DNA of 21,257 nt from Oligoflexus sp. GTDB taxonomy: Bacteria > Bdellovibrionota_B > Oligoflexia > Oligoflexales > Oligoflexaceae. Position 1 is the first letter of the stretch. Every line of letters starts with the position of its first letter. Below the pieces are notes generated by a model. The model made no database searches. It saw only the letters and a list, made by a program, of their open reading frames with translations, and was not told where the DNA came from. Shown here one piece after another: positions 16,705-21,257 of this stretch. The stretch covers positions 1-21,257 of the forward strand of contig JBGSTX010000055.1 in assembly GCA_041736305.1 (NCBI GenBank). Reading direction: 5' to 3'. Made by a program: the position numbers and the translations under genes.

Positions 16705-17268
16705 CTATAGTCCTGTTTTGGATGCGTCCGGAGGATAGTTTACGTGTAAAGAGATGAGTTCAATTATTGCGTGTTTGTGAGTTTCGTAGAACCTTGCCAG
16801 CTCGTCGACAAAAGCATCAGATTCCTCAGTAGTCGCATATCGAAAGTAGCTTTCCCCTCCCAGACATTTCTTAGTAAGCAAACTGCGGGCGAAGAGGTCT
16901 TCGAGTCTAGCAGCAATAGACTTGGCATTCGTGCGGATAACCGCTTCGATAGCTTTAATCGTCAATTCCTCCTGGTGCCTCTTCCGCAAAAGCAAAAGAA
17001 TATCTAGCTGCTCGATGGAATGAACATTTTTTATAACGAAGTTTTCTAAAGCTCGAGGAATTCCCCGTTCATTGCGATCTTTAATTCGGTAATCCTCTTC
17101 TTGGTCGTATAAAAATTTAAATGTACCCAAAAGTGTGCCTGCTTGGCATAATAGTCTGCAGTTCAGATTGATATTTCCAACCTCAGTTGTCAACAGATTG
17201 GTTTTACCGATTTGATAAAGTATAATATAAACGTTACGGACATATTCGGCTGAGGTCCGACTAATCAT
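16705..17268 (-). CDS. Hypothetical protein, possibly winged-helix-like; true start uncertain
   Basis: The C-terminal about 120 aa (IPRALENFVIKNVHSIEQLDILLLL...IAARLEDL...YFRY) looks like a folded helix-turn-helix/wing domain. The N-terminal about 65 aa is AT-rich and may be non-coding. Confidence 0.55.
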   Translation of the reverse strand: MISRTSAEYVRNVYIILYQIGKTNLLTTEVGNINLNCRLLCQAGTLLGTFKFLYDQEEDYRIKDRNERGIPRALENFVIKNVHSIEQLDILLLLRKRHQEELTIKAIEAVIRTNAKSIAARLEDLFARSLLTKKCLGGESYFRYATTEESDAFVDELARFYETHKHAIIELISLHVNYPPDASKTGL

Positions 17269-17521
17269 TGATTGTGAGAAACCTAATGTATTTACAAAAT
17301 GGCCTCCTTTACGATGCTTTAGTCTGCTCTCTACCGCTGGTTTGCCTAGTAATAGGACAGCTGCTTGGGCTGCCGGACTTGGTTCAAAAACGAAGTTTTT
17401 GGAATCCAGAGACGCTCATGAGGATCGATGAGTTAGACCTGGAGTTGATGGCTCATCAATCTATATCCGAGCAGATGACTTTCAACGACTGATCACAAAC
17501 TAAAATTTTTTGAGGAAAGTC

Positions 17522-19717
17522 TTGCCAAAACTCATACTCGCCTCAAATCGTCTCCCTGTTTCCATACGGAAAAATGATGATGAATTTATCGTTCAGCAAA
17601 GCCCCGGAGGTCTAGCAACCGGACTTTCTAGCCTTATTGAAGAAGACGACGTTATCTGGGTTGGCTGGCATGGCTATCAAGAAGCCCTTGATCCTCAGAC
17701 ACATGCAGCATTAATTCAGAGATTAGAGGCCATGAAGCTCTGCCCGATAGATCTCGATCCAAACGAGGTCACGGCCTACTATAATGAAGTTTCAAATGGG
17801 ACTTTCTGGCCCCTCTATCACTACCAGATTGAGCGAATGGCTTTGGAACTTAGGGGCTGGGAAACCTATCGCATAGTCAATATGCGCTTTGCTGAGCGCA
17901 TCGCAGCGCTCTATCAAGCTGGCGATTGCATATGGGTTCACGACTACCACCTACAACTTTTACCGGGACTGCTCCGAGACCTGCTTCCAGATGCGAGGAT
18001 TGGATTCTTCCTCCACATACCCTTCCCTTCGTCGGAAATCTTTCGCATTCTTCCTTGGCGCCAGGAAATATTGGATTGCCTGCTTGGAGCCGACCTCATT
18101 GGATTTCACATACACTCTTATGCTCGTCACTTTGCTAGCTCACTGCTGCGAGTCCTCGGAGTTGAAGCTTATGGTGACAAGATTCTATACAAGGGCCGCA
18201 ATATTCGGATTGGTGCCTTCCCACTTGGTGTAAACACGCAATCCATAGTCGATAAATCCGATGTATCAGATTGCGATATAGCTCTTGCCATTCGAGGGAT
18301 GCGTGAAGGCGGCAAAATTGAACACATTATGCTCGCGATCGATCGCTTAGATTACACCAAGGGCTTACCTCAGCGATTGCTCGCCGTAGAAAGACTCTTG
18401 GACGAAAAGCCGAGTCTAAGAGGAAAAATCGTCTATGTGCAGATAGCGGCTCCCTCCCGGGATGAAGTGCCGGCCTACAAGAAATATCGCCGAAAAGTAG
18501 ATGAACTGATCGGTAGGATCAACGGCAAGTATGGAATGCCAGACTATCAACCCATTCATTACATATCGCGAGGTTTTTCGCAGGAAGAAGTCCTTGCACT
18601 CTATCGTTATGTGGATGTGATGCTGGTAACTCCTCTTCGCGATGGGATGAATCTCGTAGCCAAGGAGTTTATTGCGGCTCGATCAGATGACGACGGGGTG
18701 CTAGTGCTGAGCGAATTTGCAGGAGCAGCTGCCGAGCTCGGGGAAGCCGTCCTCGTCAATCCGTATGACATCGATGGAATGGCCAGTGGCTTTGTCCAGG
18801 CCATAGAAATGAGTCTCGAAGAACGGAGTTCAAGGATGAAAGCCCTTCGCAGTCGGATCGCTCTCTTTGATGCAGCTGGTTGGGCCAAGCGCTTTGTCGA
18901 TCGAATCGGATCTTCATCTGCAGAGGGCACACGGGTCCAAGGGTTCACCCGCCCATCCAATCTATTCGAAATGCTACCTACGCAAAAGATACTGCTGTTT
19001 TTGGATTATGACGGGACCCTTTTCCCTATCGTGCGGATTCCGAGTCTGGCTCGTCCCGATTTACCTCTCCTGACTCTTTTGCGAAGGCTGGGCGAAAATC
19101 CTCGAGTTGAAGTCCATATTGTTAGTAGCCGCTCTCGGGAGTCTCTCGATAAGTGGTTTACAGGAATGAATATTCACCTTCATTCTGAACATGGTGCAAT
19201 GAGTCGCGGTCCTCAGTCAGGTGAGTGGGTTGAACAGGTCTCTGTCTCGCAGTCCGCAGGTTGGAAGCCCCATGTGCGGTCTGTGCTCAAGGACTTTGCA
19301 AAGAATACACCAGGCTCATTTATCGAAGAAAAGGAAGTCTCCCTCGCCTGGCACTATAGGATGGCGGATCCAGAGCAAGGTCAACGTATGGCGAGTGAGC
19401 TTCGTTTGCATGGACGCGAGACTTTTGCGCCTATGGGTCTCGAAGTCATACAGGACAAATATGTACTAGAGGTGCGACAGTCAGGGATTAATAAGGGCAT
19501 AGTCGTGAGAAGAATTAGGGAACAGCAGGCTGAGCCCGTGTTTTCAGTAGCAATCGGTGATGATTCTACCGATGAAGACATGTTCGTCGAGGCAGGTGAG
19601 AATGGGCTTACAATAGTCGTAGGCGATCATGCTACTAAAGCTGCTTATAGGGTGCGCGATTCGTCCGAGGTTCGTATCTTTCTCGAGCTGCTCGCTTCAC
19701 CAAGGTGGTCCAACTGA
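17522..19717 (+). CDS. otsAB: Bifunctional trehalose-6-phosphate synthase/phosphatase (GT20 plus HAD fusion)
   Basis: [60 protein letters not shown] motifs [27 protein letters not shown] at 17512-17516 favours the TTG at 17522. Confidence 0.95.
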   Translation: MPKLILASNRLPVSIRKNDDEFIVQQSPGGLATGLSSLIEEDDVIWVGWHGYQEALDPQTHAALIQRLEAMKLCPIDLDPNEVTAYYNEVSNGTFWPLYHYQIERMALELRGWETYRIVNMRFAERIAALYQAGDCIWVHDYHLQLLPGLLRDLLPDARIGFFLHIPFPSSEIFRILPWRQEILDCLLGADLIGFHIHSYARHFASSLLRVLGVEAYGDKILYKGRNIRIGAFPLGVNTQSIVDKSDVSDCDIALAIRGMREGGKIEHIMLAIDRLDYTKGLPQRLLAVERLLDEKPSLRGKIVYVQIAAPSRDEVPAYKKYRRKVDELIGRINGKYGMPDYQPIHYISRGFSQEEVLALYRYVDVMLVTPLRDGMNLVAKEFIAARSDDDGVLVLSEFAGAAAELGEAVLVNPYDIDGMASGFVQAIEMSLEERSSRMKALRSRIALFDAAGWAKRFVDRIGSSSAEGTRVQGFTRPSNLFEMLPTQKILLFLDYDGTLFPIVRIPSLARPDLPLLTLLRRLGENPRVEVHIVSSRSRESLDKWFTGMNIHLHSEHGAMSRGPQSGEWVEQVSVSQSAGWKPHVRSVLKDFAKNTPGSFIEEKEVSLAWHYRMADPEQGQRMASELRLHGRETFAPMGLEVIQDKYVLEVRQSGINKGIVVRRIREQQAEPVFSVAIGDDSTDEDMFVEAGENGLTIVVGDHATKAAYRVRDSSEVRIFLELLASPRWSN

Positions 19718-19809
19718 ATAAATTCGGCTTCACAATTTCGCCAAGTACCGTTAATCTGGGCCCCAAGTATTGAGGAGAATCAGGTAAAAAACTAAGGAAA
19801 TCCTCACTT

Positions 19810-20724
19810 ATGACCGATCAGAAAGCTCCTGGCAGAGAGCACATAAACTGGAACCAAGTTTACTACTTCTCCGTTATAGCGGAGTGTGGATCGATAAAGG
19901 CGGCTGCCGAAGTCTTAGAAGTTGGGTCGTCAAACCTTAGTGAGCAACTGAGTAAGCTGGAGGAGGACCTCAAGCTTAAGCTATTTCATCGCCAGCATCG
20001 CAAGCTTATCTTGACTGACGATGGGGCCCGATTGTTTCAAAGCGCCCGACAAATGTTTGAGACTGGTAAGAGATTCATCGATCACTTGACTCCCCATCAG
20101 ATGGGTGGCTTCACATATGGTATCGGGCTTGTGCCAGCCCCTACGTACTCAGTCGCTCATAGATTGATCCGTCTCTTCGTCAAGCACAACATCGATGTAT
20201 CTTACAACATTCATCGGTTTAATCACGATGAGATGGAGGCAGCTCTGCTCGATGGAAAAATAGATTTCGGATTTACCGATAAACGTACCGAGCGGAAAAA
20301 TATTGTCCAATCACTGATCCATACTTCAGCGCTCAGCTTCTTTGTTTCGAGCTATTTGCCGAAGAAAACTTTGGCGGAATACTTCCTCGAGTTGCCTGTT
20401 CTAATTTGCCGCTCGGAGCGTTACGTCCATTCATTTATTGAAGAAGTATTGGACGATCTGGAACTAAAGCCAAAAAATATTATTCTTTCTGAGTACCCGA
20501 GCCTTATCGAGAGCCTTTGCCGCGAGGGTCTGGGGATCGCAGTCATGGTACGCTCTCCCTTTGAACATGAACACAACTTAAGACAGATAGATATGCCGGA
20601 TAAGTTATCGCCCTTTAAAGAAGTCCTCTATGTGAGCTGGTTAAAGGGAGCAGAGAATTCGGAAGGTGTAAAGAGATTTGTCGAACTGCTTCGTGCCTCA
20701 GATCATGTCGTTTGTAGCAATTAA
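19810..20724 (+). CDS. LysR family transcriptional regulator (NhaR-like)
   Basis: N-terminal HTH INWNQVYYF...GSIKAAAEVL...LSEQLSKLEEDL...LFHR...LTDDG; LysR substrate-domain patterns; AAGGA RBS. Confidence 0.92.
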   Translation: MTDQKAPGREHINWNQVYYFSVIAECGSIKAAAEVLEVGSSNLSEQLSKLEEDLKLKLFHRQHRKLILTDDGARLFQSARQMFETGKRFIDHLTPHQMGGFTYGIGLVPAPTYSVAHRLIRLFVKHNIDVSYNIHRFNHDEMEAALLDGKIDFGFTDKRTERKNIVQSLIHTSALSFFVSSYLPKKTLAEYFLELPVLICRSERYVHSFIEEVLDDLELKPKNIILSEYPSLIESLCREGLGIAVMVRSPFEHEHNLRQIDMPDKLSPFKEVLYVSWLKGAENSEGVKRFVELLRASDHVVCSN

Positions 20725-20787
20725 CAGGATTTTTGAAGATTGCTGAATTAGCAAATCAAATTCTAAAAGCTCAACTGAACCAAAGCT

Positions 20788-20826
20788 AAAAAAAAGAACG
20801 GATCAGAAGGAAAGCCCTTCTGATCC
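20788..20826 (-). terminator. Rho-independent terminator of the TonB-dependent receptor gene
   Basis: 11-bp stem GGATCAGAAGG (20800-20810) / CCTTCTGATCC (20816-20826), with an A8 run at 20788-20795 giving a U-tract on the minus strand; 11 nt after the stop. Confidence 0.8.
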
Positions 20827-20837
20827 AGCGAAGTCTC

Positions 20838-21257
20838 TTAGAAGCTTTGCGTTAGCTTAACATAAACGTTCTGACCTAAAGTGTCGTAGAGCGAACCGTT
20901 GACTGTTGGGTTTTGCGACTCATCAGCCGGTGGCTTGGTTGCGAGGACGTTGACGGCTCCCACAGCAACAGTGCCGTTGAAGAAAGCCGAGTAGGTGTAC
21001 TGAAGATCGAATTCATTGTGGAGGGGGAGATCACCCGCAGCAGCATAGGCCTTCTCTGTTCCACCCGTTGTGCGAGCGGTCGCGCCTACACTATGGTCAT
21101 TGGAAAAGGTAAAGGTAAAGGAGTTGTTTGCCTTCCAACGCGGGCGGGCGAAGATGCCGATGCGATCTTGCAGCTTCTGTCCTTCAAAGGCCGATTCTTT
21201 GTAGTAGAGATAGTAGCTCGTGTCGAAGGCCCAGTTGAACAGGAGATTCGCACGATT
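20838..21257 (-). CDS. TonB-dependent outer-membrane receptor, C-terminal fragment (5'-truncated by the window)
   Basis: Hand translation ends ...PRWKANNSFTFTF...EFDLQYTY...GAVNVLATKPP...LYDTLGQNVYVKLTQSF*, with amphipathic beta strands, the NxxxxxPP motif and a terminal Phe. Not in the ORF track. Confidence 0.85.
   Translation of the reverse strand, partial: NRANLLFNWAFDTSYYLYYKESAFEGQKLQDRIGIFARPRWKANNSFTFTFSNDHSVGATARTTGGTEKAYAAAGDLPLHNEFDLQYTYSAFFNGTVAVGAVNVLATKPPADESQNPTVNGSLYDTLGQNVYVKLTQSF

Noticed and set aside
17268-17492. 74-aa ORF upstream of the trehalose gene
   Set aside because: TTG start, no RBS or motif; more likely promoter or leader sequence, though a small membrane peptide cannot be excluded.
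20876-21064. 62-aa ORF from the track
   Set aside because: Out-of-frame shadow of the TonB-dependent receptor C-terminus.
1-21257. Mobile elements, CRISPR arrays, tRNA/rRNA genes and defence systems
   Set aside because: I saw no transposase or integrase motifs, repeat-spacer arrays or structural RNA signatures.

Overview
Bacterial window of about 50% GC, rich in secreted proteins and lipoproteins. The gene style suggests Bdellovibrionota/Oligoflexia, which is an inference. In order it holds: a metzincin lipoprotein protease and a ricin-B lectin lipoprotein; an MNIO (DUF692) plus DUF2063 RiPP-type operon; a gluzincin-like lipoprotein; a degenerate patatin; an OhrR-like MarR regulator co-oriented with a plant-type L-gulonolactone-oxidase-like flavoprotein; three paralogous minor-pilin-like genes; a hypothetical winged-helix-like gene; a fused trehalose-6-P synthase/phosphatase; an NhaR-like LysR regulator; and the 3' end of a TonB-dependent receptor with its terminator. 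The best novelty candidate is the MNIO operon. Its precursor-position gene encodes a lipoprotein joining a six-Cys bufferin-like domain to a c-type cytochrome, and it sits behind a Cys/Pro-rich leader ORF and a terminator-like hairpin that may form a metal-responsive attenuator. The second candidate is a pilin fused to an FrpC-type calcium self-processing module that has Ser-Pro in place of the scissile Asp-Pro. All calls come from reading motifs by eye; no database searches were run.
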